Part shown: piece after piece, positions 49,985 to 59,188 of the stretch | Numbering within the stretch: the stretch's first letter is position 1 | Layout: each line of letters starts with the position of its first letter | Origin: an uncultured Candidatus Poseidoniales archaeon | GTDB lineage: Archaea > Thermoplasmatota > Poseidoniia > Poseidoniales > CAYMED01 | Length of the DNA stretch: 63,211 nt | NCBI GenBank assembly: GCA_964389655.1 | Contig: CAYMED010000015.1 | Location: 1 to 63,211, forward strand | Direction: 5' to 3' | Made by a program: the position numbers and the translations under genes | Notes under the pieces: model-generated | The model's database searches: none | Seen by the model: the letters and a program-made list of their open reading frames with translations, nothing else | What the model was told of the DNA's origin: nothing

Positions 49985-50626
49985 ATGTCAGATGAAGATG
50001 ATATTGATGAGGCCGAAGTAGTCGAGGAGAGCCCTGCCGAGGAGGTAATCCCGATTGCTGGCATCGGGACTCTTGTCTTCGGCCTTTGGGATGCATCAAC
50101 CGTTGTATGCTCAGATCCAGGTCTTGCGCCTTATGTCAATCTCACGACTGTGGGCACACCACACAGTGGTGGACGCCATGCGAATGCATGGTTTGGAAAA
50201 ACGCGTTTATCCTTAATTGAGCGTTTCATCAATAGTCTGATGCGTACGGGGAAATACACCGGAAAGAAGCAAGCGGCAACTAAGTCATTCAAATCGGCTC
50301 TTGAGCGAATTCATGAAGTTCGAAAGGAAAATCCATTGCAGGTGCTTGTCGATGCCATAAGCCGTGCTGCACCAATGGAAGAAATTACACGAATAAGATT
50401 TGGTGCAGTAAGCCAGCCTAAAGCAGTTGATGCAAGCCCTTCAAGACGGTTGGATGTTGCTTTGCGAAACCTTGCCAAGGGGTCGACATCGGGAACACGC
50501 AAGTCGAAGAAGAGTTTGACCGATTGCATTGTTACCGAAATCCTTCGGGCATCTGAAGGAGATATCGCATCTTTTGCCGTTGCCAAACGAGAAGAAGTTG
50601 AGCGTGTTGCTGCTAGTGCGAGATAA
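49985..50626 (+). CDS. rps7: 30S ribosomal protein S7 (uS7)
   Basis: PHSGGRH, ENPLQVLV, PSRRLD, REEVERVAASAR; GAGGTGA RBS. Confidence 0.98.
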   Translation: MSDEDDIDEAEVVEESPAEEVIPIAGIGTLVFGLWDASTVVCSDPGLAPYVNLTTVGTPHSGGRHANAWFGKTRLSLIERFINSLMRTGKYTGKKQAATKSFKSALERIHEVRKENPLQVLVDAISRAAPMEEITRIRFGAVSQPKAVDASPSRRLDVALRNLAKGSTSGTRKSKKSLTDCIVTEILRASEGDIASFAVAKREEVERVAASAR

Positions 50627-50696
50627 GTTAGAGGGCATTTGTTGCCCAATATAGTGACCTTAACAGTTGCATTCAGATGTGATCCATCCCGAATCG

Positions 50697-50725
50697 TTCA
50701 TGAACCCTCCATCGGTCGCCGGCTT
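50697..50725 (+). promoter_or_regulatory. Putative EF-2 promoter: TATA-like box + GTCGCCGGCTT element
   Basis: TTCATGAAC (50697) CCTCCATCG GTCGCCGGCTT (50715), ATG at 50734. Confidence 0.55.
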
Positions 50726-50733
50726 TGGATTAT

Positions 50734-52935
50734 ATGGGGCGCAAAGAGGACAACATCCGGAAGGCAGCGCAAATTATGGGCGTTCAAGATAAGATACGCA
50801 ATGTTTGTATTGCCGCTCATATCGACCATGGAAAAACAACCCTTTCGGACAATCTCATTGCCGGTGCAGGAATGATGTCGGATGATTTGGCCGGAAAGGG
50901 GAGGGTTCTAGATTTCGATGAGCAAGAAAGTGCGCGCGGGATCACAATCAATGCTGCTAGTGCATCAATGGTTCACCAGTATAGCGAGGGTGATTACTTG
51001 ATCAACCTAATCGACACACCAGGCCATGTTGATTTCGGCGGGGATGTTACTCGTGCAATGCGGGCCGTTGATGGCTGCTTTATTCTCGTTTGCGCGGTTG
51101 AAGGCCCCATGCCTCAAACAGAAACAGTTGTTCGTCAGGCACTGCGTGAAAAAGTCAAGCCCGTGTTATTTATCAACAAAGTAGACCGATTAATCACAGA
51201 AATGCAGGTTGCCCCTGAAGACATGCAGGAGAGGTTCATGACCTCAATCCGCAAGGTGAACCGATTGATTGCTGATAATGCACCGCCGGAGTTTCAAAAA
51301 GAGTGGCTCGTAGATGTAGCAAAGGGGACGGTTGCTTTTGGATCAGCGTACCATAACTGGGGGATCACAGTACCGTATATGCAGCACTCTGGTATTTCAT
51401 TCAAAGACATCATCGAATATTGCAATAATGATGCGCAACGTGAGTTGTCGAAAAAGGCTCCAGTTCACGAAGTTTTGCTAGATATGGCAGTTACTAAATT
51501 GCCTGATCCGCTTCAAGCCCAAAAGTATCGTATCCCCCACATTTGGCGAGGAGATATCGATTCAGAAATTGGCAAATCAATGGTGGATTGCGATCCTGAA
51601 GGCCCCTTGGCCATGATGGTTACAAAAATTTGGATGGATCAGCATGCGGGTGAAGTGGCGGTGGGTCGCGTATACAGTGGAGCAATTGAGCAGGGCGAGT
51701 CAGTATGGGCCTTAGGTGCGGCAAAAGCCGAGAGGACTCAACAGGTGTCAATGATGGTTGGGGCTGACCGGATTGCCATCCCTCGCGTATCGGCCGGGAA
51801 TATTGCAGCCATAACTGGCGTGAGGTCTGCTGCTGCTGGAGTTACGATTGCGAGAGATTCTGATATGATCGGGTTTGAGGCCATTCGCCACTACACCGAT
51901 CCAGTTGTAACTGTGGCGGTGGAACCAAAATCCATGAAGGACTTGCCAAAGTTCCTAGACGCACTACGCTCTTTGGCAAAAGCAGATGCCAGTCTTGAAG
52001 TATCCATCAATACTGAAACCGGTGAATCCTTGCTTGCAGGCATGGGCGAATTACATCTTGAAATTACCACTTACCGCATCGAAGAAGAGCAGGGCATCAA
52101 AGTCAATGTCAGCCCACCTATTGTCGTTTATCGCGAATGTGTTAGTGGGACAAATCATGGCAAGTCATTTGAAGGCAAGTCACCGAATAGACATAATCGA
52201 TTTTACATTGAAGTTGAACCCCTCCCTGAAAATGTTGTCGAAGCGATCAGGCAGGGTGAATTTGGTTCGGGGAATATCAAGAATGGCAAGGAAATCGGTC
52301 GCCAATTCGGAGAATATGGTATGGACAAAGACCTCATGGCCAAAACCTACCATATTCTTGGAACCTCAGTCCTCGTCAATGATACAAAAGGGATACAGTA
52401 CCTTCATGAAACGAAGGAATTGATTATGGAGGCCTTCAAGGAGGTATGTGTACGCGGACCACTTGCCGAAGAACCCATGATGGGAGTTATGGTGCGCCTA
52501 GTTGATGCAAAATTGCACGAAGATGCTATCCATCGAGGCCCCGCCCAGGTCATCCCAGCTATGAGGAATGCGATCAAAGGGGCCATGGTGCGGGCAGGGA
52601 CCAATATTCTAGAACCTATTCAGCGACTTCATGTAACTGTTCCAAATGACTGGCTAGGTCAAGTATCTCGTGAAATCTCACAAAGGCGTGGTGTGATCGA
52701 TGATATGCCTTCTGAAGGGGACACTACGACCGTTATTGGCCGAGTTCCAGTCGCAGAAACGTTTGGATTTTCAAATGATATACGTGCAGCAAGTCAGGGA
52801 AGGGCTATTTGGAATACCGAAAATGAGGGGTTTCAACCACTCCCTACTCATTTACTTGAATCAACAGTAGGGTCAATTCGTGAGAGGAAGGGCCTCAAAC
52901 CCGAGGTTCCAACCCAGTCATACTACGCTGATTGA
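50734..52935 (+). CDS. fusA: Translation elongation factor EF-2
   Basis: AHIDHGKTT, RGITI, DTPGH, NKVD, GMGELHLE, diphthamide loop LHEDAIHRG. Confidence 0.98.
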   Translation: MGRKEDNIRKAAQIMGVQDKIRNVCIAAHIDHGKTTLSDNLIAGAGMMSDDLAGKGRVLDFDEQESARGITINAASASMVHQYSEGDYLINLIDTPGHVDFGGDVTRAMRAVDGCFILVCAVEGPMPQTETVVRQALREKVKPVLFINKVDRLITEMQVAPEDMQERFMTSIRKVNRLIADNAPPEFQKEWLVDVAKGTVAFGSAYHNWGITVPYMQHSGISFKDIIEYCNNDAQRELSKKAPVHEVLLDMAVTKLPDPLQAQKYRIPHIWRGDIDSEIGKSMVDCDPEGPLAMMVTKIWMDQHAGEVAVGRVYSGAIEQGESVWALGAAKAERTQQVSMMVGADRIAIPRVSAGNIAAITGVRSAAAGVTIARDSDMIGFEAIRHYTDPVVTVAVEPKSMKDLPKFLDALRSLAKADASLEVSINTETGESLLAGMGELHLEITTYRIEEEQGIKVNVSPPIVVYRECVSGTNHGKSFEGKSPNRHNRFYIEVEPLPENVVEAIRQGEFGSGNIKNGKEIGRQFGEYGMDKDLMAKTYHILGTSVLVNDTKGIQYLHETKELIMEAFKEVCVRGPLAEEPMMGVMVRLVDAKLHEDAIHRGPAQVIPAMRNAIKGAMVRAGTNILEPIQRLHVTVPNDWLGQVSREISQRRGVIDDMPSEGDTTTVIGRVPVAETFGFSNDIRAASQGRAIWNTENEGFQPLPTHLLESTVGSIRERKGLKPEVPTQSYYAD

Positions 52936-53943
52936 TCAGATAGATCGCTCAACTTGCAGATCAGTGAGGCGAATCAAAATATCAGTCCATCGGTTTTGAG
53001 GTAATACCTCAAGGCACTTTCGGGCTTCTTCATGAGCCTGCTTAGCACGCGCTCTTACTACTTCAATTGCCCCACAAGACTGCAATACTGCAATAGCACT
53101 TCTCAAGTCATCTGGGTCAACATCCTCTTTTACCCCAAATACCTTGGATAGGGCCAATGCTTCGCCTGAAGAAAGCATATTTTCTGCGTGGATGATCACA
53201 AGTGTTCGTTTCCCTTGAATTAAATCAGATCCTATTGGCTTTCCAGTTGCTTCCTCATCTCCTAAAAGATCAATCAAATCGTCGATGATTTGGAAGCATA
53301 ATCCCAATTGAATGCCCCATTCCTCCATTTTCTGGCATGAATTTTGATCTGCTTCTGAAATGAGCGCCCCCCCCCATCCAGCAATTCTGAATATTGAACC
53401 TGTTTTGGCCGCAATCATCTCAAGATAATCTGACTCATTTGCTTCCTCCGACTCAAAGGATACGTCCATTTGCTGGCCATCGGAGAGATGTCGCACCATT
53501 CCTGCGACAGCTCGCACAAGCGTTACTGCATGCTCTGCACGAATATGGGGCGAATCAGCAAGTGCTTCCATTGATACGGCAAACATGGCGTCTCCCGCAT
53601 TGATTGCAGTTGCTTCATCAAACGCTATATGGACAGTAGGGCGCCCTCTGCGCAATGAATCCTGGTCCATAATGTCATCATGCACAAGAGTAAATGTGTG
53701 AATCAGTTCAAGTGAGGCACCAAGGTCAATACCGGCTTCTTCGCCAGATCCAATAGCTGAAGTGATCAATGCCGGTATAAGTGCTCGAAAGCGCTTTCCA
53801 CCAGCATCGACTAGATGCCGTGTTGCTGCATAAAGACGGGGGTGGGATATTCGACCAAGGATTTCAATCATGCGTTCCTCGATGCAATTTCTGATTTCAG
53901 ATAGCTCATCGATCAAGGTTGAAAGTGCATCAGGTTGATCCAT
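52936..53943 (-). CDS. idsA: Geranylgeranyl/polyprenyl diphosphate synthase
   Basis: GGKRFR, FARM HTFTLVHDDIMD..RRG, GQQMD, KT, SARM FQIIDDLID. Confidence 0.95.
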   Translation of the reverse strand: MDQPDALSTLIDELSEIRNCIEERMIEILGRISHPRLYAATRHLVDAGGKRFRALIPALITSAIGSGEEAGIDLGASLELIHTFTLVHDDIMDQDSLRRGRPTVHIAFDEATAINAGDAMFAVSMEALADSPHIRAEHAVTLVRAVAGMVRHLSDGQQMDVSFESEEANESDYLEMIAAKTGSIFRIAGWGGALISEADQNSCQKMEEWGIQLGLCFQIIDDLIDLLGDEEATGKPIGSDLIQGKRTLVIIHAENMLSSGEALALSKVFGVKEDVDPDDLRSAIAVLQSCGAIEVVRARAKQAHEEARKCLEVLPQNRWTDILIRLTDLQVERSI

Positions 53944-55039
53944 ATTCCTCTCCCCTTAGGTAAGTGATCCATTCACGAAGGTCTCCAGTCACTAAAGGCC
54001 GAATATTTTGCAAATCGGAAATCGTAGTGCACCCTAGCAGGAACATCGTGCTACGTAGTTCATCAATGACACCTTCCAGTTCATCAACAACAGCATCGAC
54101 CGATGTATCCGCTGCAGGTAATAAGCGGCGAGCAAAACCTGCTGCGGTTGCACCAAGTGCGATGGCACGCGCCAAATCAAGGCCCGTTCGCATTCCGCCA
54201 GTGGAAATCAAATCTGGAGATTTTATTGGGGCTGCGGCAATACATGCTGCAGTAGGTATCCCCCAATCCCAAAACAATGCACCTAGGCGTGCTCGGTGCC
54301 CATCACCAGATTTTAGCGCGCGGTAGTGCTCAACAGCAGACCAAGATGTCCCGCTTAGCCCACCAACATCAATGCCTGAGACCCCAGCATCACGCAGTCT
54401 GACTATGTCGGAGGGGCGAATCCCTGCTCCAGTCTCTTTTGCGACAACAGGGACTTCATTAGCCACTTCTGTGATGGCCTTCAATGCACCTTTTGCATTA
54501 TGATCGCCTTCTGGCTGAACAATCTCCTGTAAATAATTGAGGTGCAGGCAAACCGCATCAGCACCGACCATGTCAATGGCAGTGCGAATCTCCTCTATGC
54601 CCCACCCTGCTCTGTCATGTTGTACTAGCAACTGCGGCACACCCACATTTGCAAGAATGAGAGGTATGTCATGATCTCTGACAAGTTCGTATGTCCAAGC
54701 CCATGAAGGGTCTTCAAGCGCAGGGCGCTGGCTCCCAACACCAAAAGCAACGCCCACTTTAGCAGCGGCTTCTGCTAAACGCCCATTGATTTCCGCTCCC
54801 GATTCACACCCTCCAGTCATCCCCGAGATGACAAGAGGTGCAGCAAGACTGACGCCCAATAGGCTGCTAGAAACATCGATATGGTCTTTAGAAATTTCAG
54901 GCAATGATGAGTGGGTGAAGCGGATTTGGTCCCACCAATTCTCACGGCTTGAAACGTCCTCATTTAGGCAAAGGTCGATATGGGCTCGTTTCCGCTCCTC
55001 AATCGCGGTGCGTGCCTCAGAGTCATCCATAGGTGGCAC
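53930..55039 (-). CDS. fni: Type 2 isopentenyl-diphosphate isomerase
   Basis: RKRAHI, SGMTGG, GVGSQR, HLNYLQE.VQPEG, KETG, WGIPT. Confidence 0.96.
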   Translation of the reverse strand: MPPMDDSEARTAIEERKRAHIDLCLNEDVSSRENWWDQIRFTHSSLPEISKDHIDVSSSLLGVSLAAPLVISGMTGGCESGAEINGRLAEAAAKVGVAFGVGSQRPALEDPSWAWTYELVRDHDIPLILANVGVPQLLVQHDRAGWGIEEIRTAIDMVGADAVCLHLNYLQEIVQPEGDHNAKGALKAITEVANEVPVVAKETGAGIRPSDIVRLRDAGVSGIDVGGLSGTSWSAVEHYRALKSGDGHRARLGALFWDWGIPTAACIAAAPIKSPDLISTGGMRTGLDLARAIALGATAAGFARRLLPAADTSVDAVVDELEGVIDELRSTMFLLGCTTISDLQNIRPLVTGDLREWITYLRGEEYGST

Positions 55040-55088
55040 AGGACCTCGGATGGGCTTCCCTGCTATGAACGACAGGGTTCAGCGTGTA

Positions 55089-55931
55089 TCATAGCCGATT
55101 GGGGGTGATCTGTGTTGCAGGGACTTCGGTAGCACCAGCCGCGATTTTCTGTATCCTGCCACTTTCTCTACCATTAACTAACCATACCTCAACTCCTGCA
55201 TTTGCAGCCCGAACTCCCTCGCCCAATTTTAACATGACTCCGCCCGTAACATCAACTGAGTCATCAAGCAAAGCATCTACTTTTAGGCCAGAATTCCAGA
55301 TCGGAATTAGCTCTGAATTTGGATCGTGGGGCGGTTTGTCCATCAAACCGTCTATGCCATTAAGAGCATGGATCAACTTTACTCCCTGCCCCCTATGTAT
55401 GGAAATCTCGGTTGCTAGATGGTCCCCCGAAATGATTCCCCATTTTTTTTGCCCGTCTTGATCAATTATATCCCCGCCAATGAGTCCAATTTTCCCCTGC
55501 TGCATCTGATTTAGCCAAGAAAAATCGGCGACAAAGTTCCCCTCTGCGGTGAATTTGGCGCAATTATGGGCGGCTTGGTGATGGGTTGCTAGGCCAACTT
55601 CCCCAAGTGCAGCAGTTATTTCCCTCGCCAAACGCTGCAAAGCCATTCTCACATGCGATACTCCTTCGATTTGAGATGATGTAGGCGCCCCCCATGGCGT
55701 AATTGGATCTGGTATCCAGTCCGACAATCTACCTTCGGAAAGACGGAGGTGCCTCGCCCATAAATGCCCAAAACTCCCGGCGCCATGTACCAAAATGATC
55801 TCTTGCCCAGTTTCACAAATTGCCTGGATTTCTCCTACTATGCAGGCTAAACCTTCCTCATCAATGGTCTCAAATTGATCTTTATGGGTGATTAATGCGC
55901 CACCCAATTTGAGTACAACACAAGGTAACAT
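55089..55931 (-). CDS. ipk: Isopentenyl phosphate kinase
   Basis: LKLGGALIT.K, VHGAGSFGH (IPK His), SGD, DVTGG; start refined to ATG 55931. Confidence 0.92.
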   Translation of the reverse strand: MLPCVVLKLGGALITHKDQFETIDEEGLACIVGEIQAICETGQEIILVHGAGSFGHLWARHLRLSEGRLSDWIPDPITPWGAPTSSQIEGVSHVRMALQRLAREITAALGEVGLATHHQAAHNCAKFTAEGNFVADFSWLNQMQQGKIGLIGGDIIDQDGQKKWGIISGDHLATEISIHRGQGVKLIHALNGIDGLMDKPPHDPNSELIPIWNSGLKVDALLDDSVDVTGGVMLKLGEGVRAANAGVEVWLVNGRESGRIQKIAAGATEVPATQITPNRL

Positions 55932-55991
55932 TGTTCCATCAGTGGTTGCCCGACGCGGTGGTTCGATAAGAGAACGGGGGTTCGGTGATGT

Positions 55992-56327
55992 GTGTCGAAG
56001 AGTGGCCCTGACCTCGAACTTTTCCGCCGATGGCTCCAAAATGAGATCACAAATGCACAGCAACTGGAGGATAGTGAAGAGAAGATCAAACGTTGCAACC
56101 GCTTAGATGCGGCATTATTACTTGCAATCGCATTTGACCGTGATTGGCACTCTCGACGCGAAGAGGGAGTCGCCCCAACACTCACTCGGAGTAATGTCCG
56201 AGTCGTGCAAAGTACAACCAATGCGACGCCAGTTCAACAAAGACCTGCCCCCTCTGGGCAATGTGGCTCATGTGATGCGCCTCTAGAAGATGACCTCGAC
56301 TTTTGCCCTGTTTGCGGGAAAAACTGA
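55992..56327 (+). CDS. Small protein with C-terminal Zn ribbon
   Basis: Helical N-terminus; CGSC..FCPVCG; GGTGA before GTG. Confidence 0.75.
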   Translation: MSKSGPDLELFRRWLQNEITNAQQLEDSEEKIKRCNRLDAALLLAIAFDRDWHSRREEGVAPTLTRSNVRVVQSTTNATPVQQRPAPSGQCGSCDAPLEDDLDFCPVCGKN

Positions 56328-56329
56328 GG

Positions 56330-57004
56330 CTATTCTTCTTCAGCGGCGATTAGGGATTGTATCCCCTCATTGTTGCCATCAATTATCGAGAGATATTCTG
56401 GAGGGACTTGTTCAACGAGCACGACACGTACGCCCGCCCTCCAAAAGGTGTATCCATCTGCGATGGCTCTGACCGAGTCAACCTCAAAAATACGGGGGAC
56501 ATCTTCACGCACTCTCCCAGCTTCCCATGACCCTTCAAGTGTTCGAGAAAGGTGCACATGGCGGCGATCACCGGGTAATATTCCATCTCGTTCAAGAATT
56601 GACACTGCATCATCATTGCAGGGGTAGTATAGGATGTCGGGAATATCATCAGTGGGCAAGTCCAATTCAATATCCACGCTGTGAGCGTATGTGGCGCGAA
56701 CCATGTCCCCCTTTGTTTCATATCTCCCCTTCTCATCAATAGTGGTGATTGCGCGCAGGTGCCGCGGTCGTAGCCAGTGCATTTGCCGGCGCTTTTTCTT
56801 CACAGACTCGCAAAATGCATTCATGTCTACCCACCCGTTGAAATCCATTTCCAATCCAAATTTTTCGGGGAAATGGCGCAATACACCCGCCATGATGCGA
56901 CCAAGCGACTCGCCCTCTCGATCAGACATCACAAAACGTCCTTCTTCATTTGTCACTGGGCAATTCTCTCCACGGAAGAATCCGTGAGAACTTTCTCTTA
57001 TCAT
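56330..57004 (-). CDS. kptA: RNA 2'-phosphotransferase Tpt1/KptA
   Basis: LRHFP, GWV, DEKGRYE, RATYAHS, RRHVHLS. Confidence 0.9.
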   Translation of the reverse strand: MIRESSHGFFRGENCPVTNEEGRFVMSDREGESLGRIMAGVLRHFPEKFGLEMDFNGWVDMNAFCESVKKKRRQMHWLRPRHLRAITTIDEKGRYETKGDMVRATYAHSVDIELDLPTDDIPDILYYPCNDDAVSILERDGILPGDRRHVHLSRTLEGSWEAGRVREDVPRIFEVDSVRAIADGYTFWRAGVRVVLVEQVPPEYLSIIDGNNEGIQSLIAAEEE

Positions 57005-57083
57005 GGACGGGCCACCAAAGAAACCAATTTGAAACGATCGGGCCAATGGATAGACTCATCACCCTGTGCCCGAGCCACCTTCC

Positions 57084-58085
57084 ATGCGACGAGGCTTACA
57101 TGAGGCGAAAGAGAATATCGGTGTGTCTGAAGAGGGCGACTGTCAGAGATGTGGGGGCGAATCACAACAATCCTCTATGACAGGATATCTTCAGTGTAGT
57201 CGGTGTGGCTATGAATGGAGTGACCCTAACCATGTTTCACGGGTTTCACGACCTGAAAGGACGAGTATTGACCAAGACATGGGCAAAGTGGACGAGTTCA
57301 AGAAAGAATTGTCTGAAGGAACTTGGTCGAATGTTATGGGCGTAGATTCCAAATTGTCCGGTGAGCAAGAAGCCGGTTTGAAACGGCTTGAGTCGAAGTG
57401 GATGGACGGGATGAAAGGCCATTTTAATGCGGCAGAGGAAGAACGCAAGCCCCTAATGATTAGTTTTGATGATTCGGGGGAGGACCTCGTTGATACAACC
57501 GTAGGCACAGTTACTTTGCTCACCAATGATTTTGATGGAGGAGAGGAGATTCGTGTGGAGTACCCCGGTATTGGCACTGAATTCTACATTTTGGATGAGG
57601 AGAGTAACACAGGATGGAGAAGAGGAAGAACGTCGCAGGATACTGCCCGTAGTATTGCCTATACGATCAACAAACACAGCAAGTTTGTGCATGCATCTTC
57701 CATTGATACTCAGATTCTTTTTGAATTGAGAGACCACCGTTTAGATGTCGATTCATTGGTTCTGTTCGTGTCAGACCCAGGAGGGCAGGACATGATTGCT
57801 GAGAAGGGAGGTGTGAATCTAGATCCACGTATGGTCCATCAATTAAGTGATTACAAAATTGCTGTTGAGCTTGTGCTTGCTGATGGTGTGATTACACCTA
57901 GTGAAGATCAATTGCTGTGGGCGATGCGTGATCAGTTGGGGATTACGGATGAAGACCATGTCCGCATTGTAGTCAGTTTATTTGGCGAAGATGTGGTCAA
58001 GGAATGTGTTCAATGTGGTGCAGATGCCAAACTCTACACCGAGCATTTAGCATGGTACTGCGATGCTTGCGAGTCTTGGAACTAA
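57084..58085 (+). CDS. Hypothetical protein: N-terminal Zn ribbon, acidic central domain, TerB-like helical motif, C-terminal Zn ribbon
   Basis: CQRC..CSRC; LADGVITPSEDQLL..LGI; CVQC..WYCDAC. Confidence 0.8.
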   Translation: MRRGLHEAKENIGVSEEGDCQRCGGESQQSSMTGYLQCSRCGYEWSDPNHVSRVSRPERTSIDQDMGKVDEFKKELSEGTWSNVMGVDSKLSGEQEAGLKRLESKWMDGMKGHFNAAEEERKPLMISFDDSGEDLVDTTVGTVTLLTNDFDGGEEIRVEYPGIGTEFYILDEESNTGWRRGRTSQDTARSIAYTINKHSKFVHASSIDTQILFELRDHRLDVDSLVLFVSDPGGQDMIAEKGGVNLDPRMVHQLSDYKIAVELVLADGVITPSEDQLLWAMRDQLGITDEDHVRIVVSLFGEDVVKECVQCGADAKLYTEHLAWYCDACESWN

Positions 58086-58115
58086 TCACGAGAACAAAAT
58101 GAATATGCGGATTCA

Positions 58116-58135
58116 TTGATAAACCGGGCCCCGGT
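58116..58135 (+). promoter_or_regulatory. Putative actin-gene promoter: TATA-like TTGATAAA overlapping palindrome ACCGGG-C-CCCGGT
   Basis: TATA-like box at 58116-58123, about 30 nt before ATG 58153; perfect inverted repeat at 58123-58135. Confidence 0.5.
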
Positions 58136-58152
58136 CCCGCTACACGAGCAAC

Positions 58153-59178
58153 ATGGGCAAGGATACATTGTACATCGGAATCGACCTTGGAACTTTCCGG
58201 TCAGTCCTCATCACTGATGAGGAACAAGAGGAAATTGTTCTTACTGTTGTTGGTACGCCTAAGGACAATATTGCGCGTAATTTCTTGCGCGCGGATAAAC
58301 TGTTTGGGGAAGAGGCCTTGAGGAACCGCTTGGCCCTCGATCTATATCGACCCCTTGAGCATGGTGTGATCAAAGACACATCTGAAGACCGGTCTCATAT
58401 TGCCTCATTTATTCAATACCTCATCTCGCTTGCAAACCCTGACGAATATGATCGAGTAATTGCAGTCATTGGGGCACCTGCGGAGGCATCACACATCGAC
58501 AAAACCGCTATTTTTGCAGCTGCATCTGGCGCAGTCAATTCTTGCATGATCATTTCCGAACCGTTTGCAGTTGCGTATGCACTTGATCGGATTGATAACA
58601 CGATCGTAATTGATATTGGCGCAGGAACAACTGACTTGTGCAGGGTATATGGTACCATTCCCACACCAGAAGATCAAATGCACAATCAATACGCAGGTGA
58701 CTATGTGGACAACCAAATAATTGAGCAAGTTTCACGCAAATATGCAGGTGCTCAAGTAACTAAGGACATGGCACGTAGGTGGAAGGAATCCAATGCATTT
58801 GTTGTTGGGCACGAACCAAAGGAACCTGTGATTGTCGACTTCAGTGTGGATGGAAAGGCCATGTCATTGGATATTACAGACTGCATCGCTCAGGCTTGTC
58901 AAAGTATTGTAGACCCCATTGTGGGGGGTGTCAAAGAACTCATTGCCGCCTCAAACCCCGAGTATCAGAAGGCTTTCCGACAGAACCTCATTATTGGGGG
59001 AGGGGGCAGTGGAATCGATGGAATAGGGGATATGCTCACAGCGCGCCTTAAAGATCTTGGCGATATTGAGGTATATACTGTTGAGGATTCTATCCGCTTA
59101 GGGGCATTGGGTGGTCTAAGACTCGGCCAAGAAGTTCCAGAAGAATATTGGAAGAATCTAACACTCCATGAAACCTGA
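58153..59178 (+). CDS. MamK-like actin-family ATPase
   Basis: GIDLGT (phosphate 1), [14 protein letters not shown] (phosphate 2), [10 protein letters not shown] (adenosine); MamK-type [16 protein letters not shown], NPEYQ and EVPEEYW.. terminus. Confidence 0.9.
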   Translation: [341 protein letters not shown]

Positions 59179-59188
59179 ATGATCTTAA

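Noticed and set aside
50627-50733. Possible tRNA or ncRNA in the rps7-fusA gap and other intergenic gaps
   Set aside because: No cloverleaf, T-loop or C/D box pairing was recognised; the gaps are short and explained by promoters.
58153-59178. Magnetosome island / magnetotaxis
   Set aside because: No mamA, B, E, I, M, Q or feoB-like genes in the window; MamK-like actins occur outside magnetotactic organisms.
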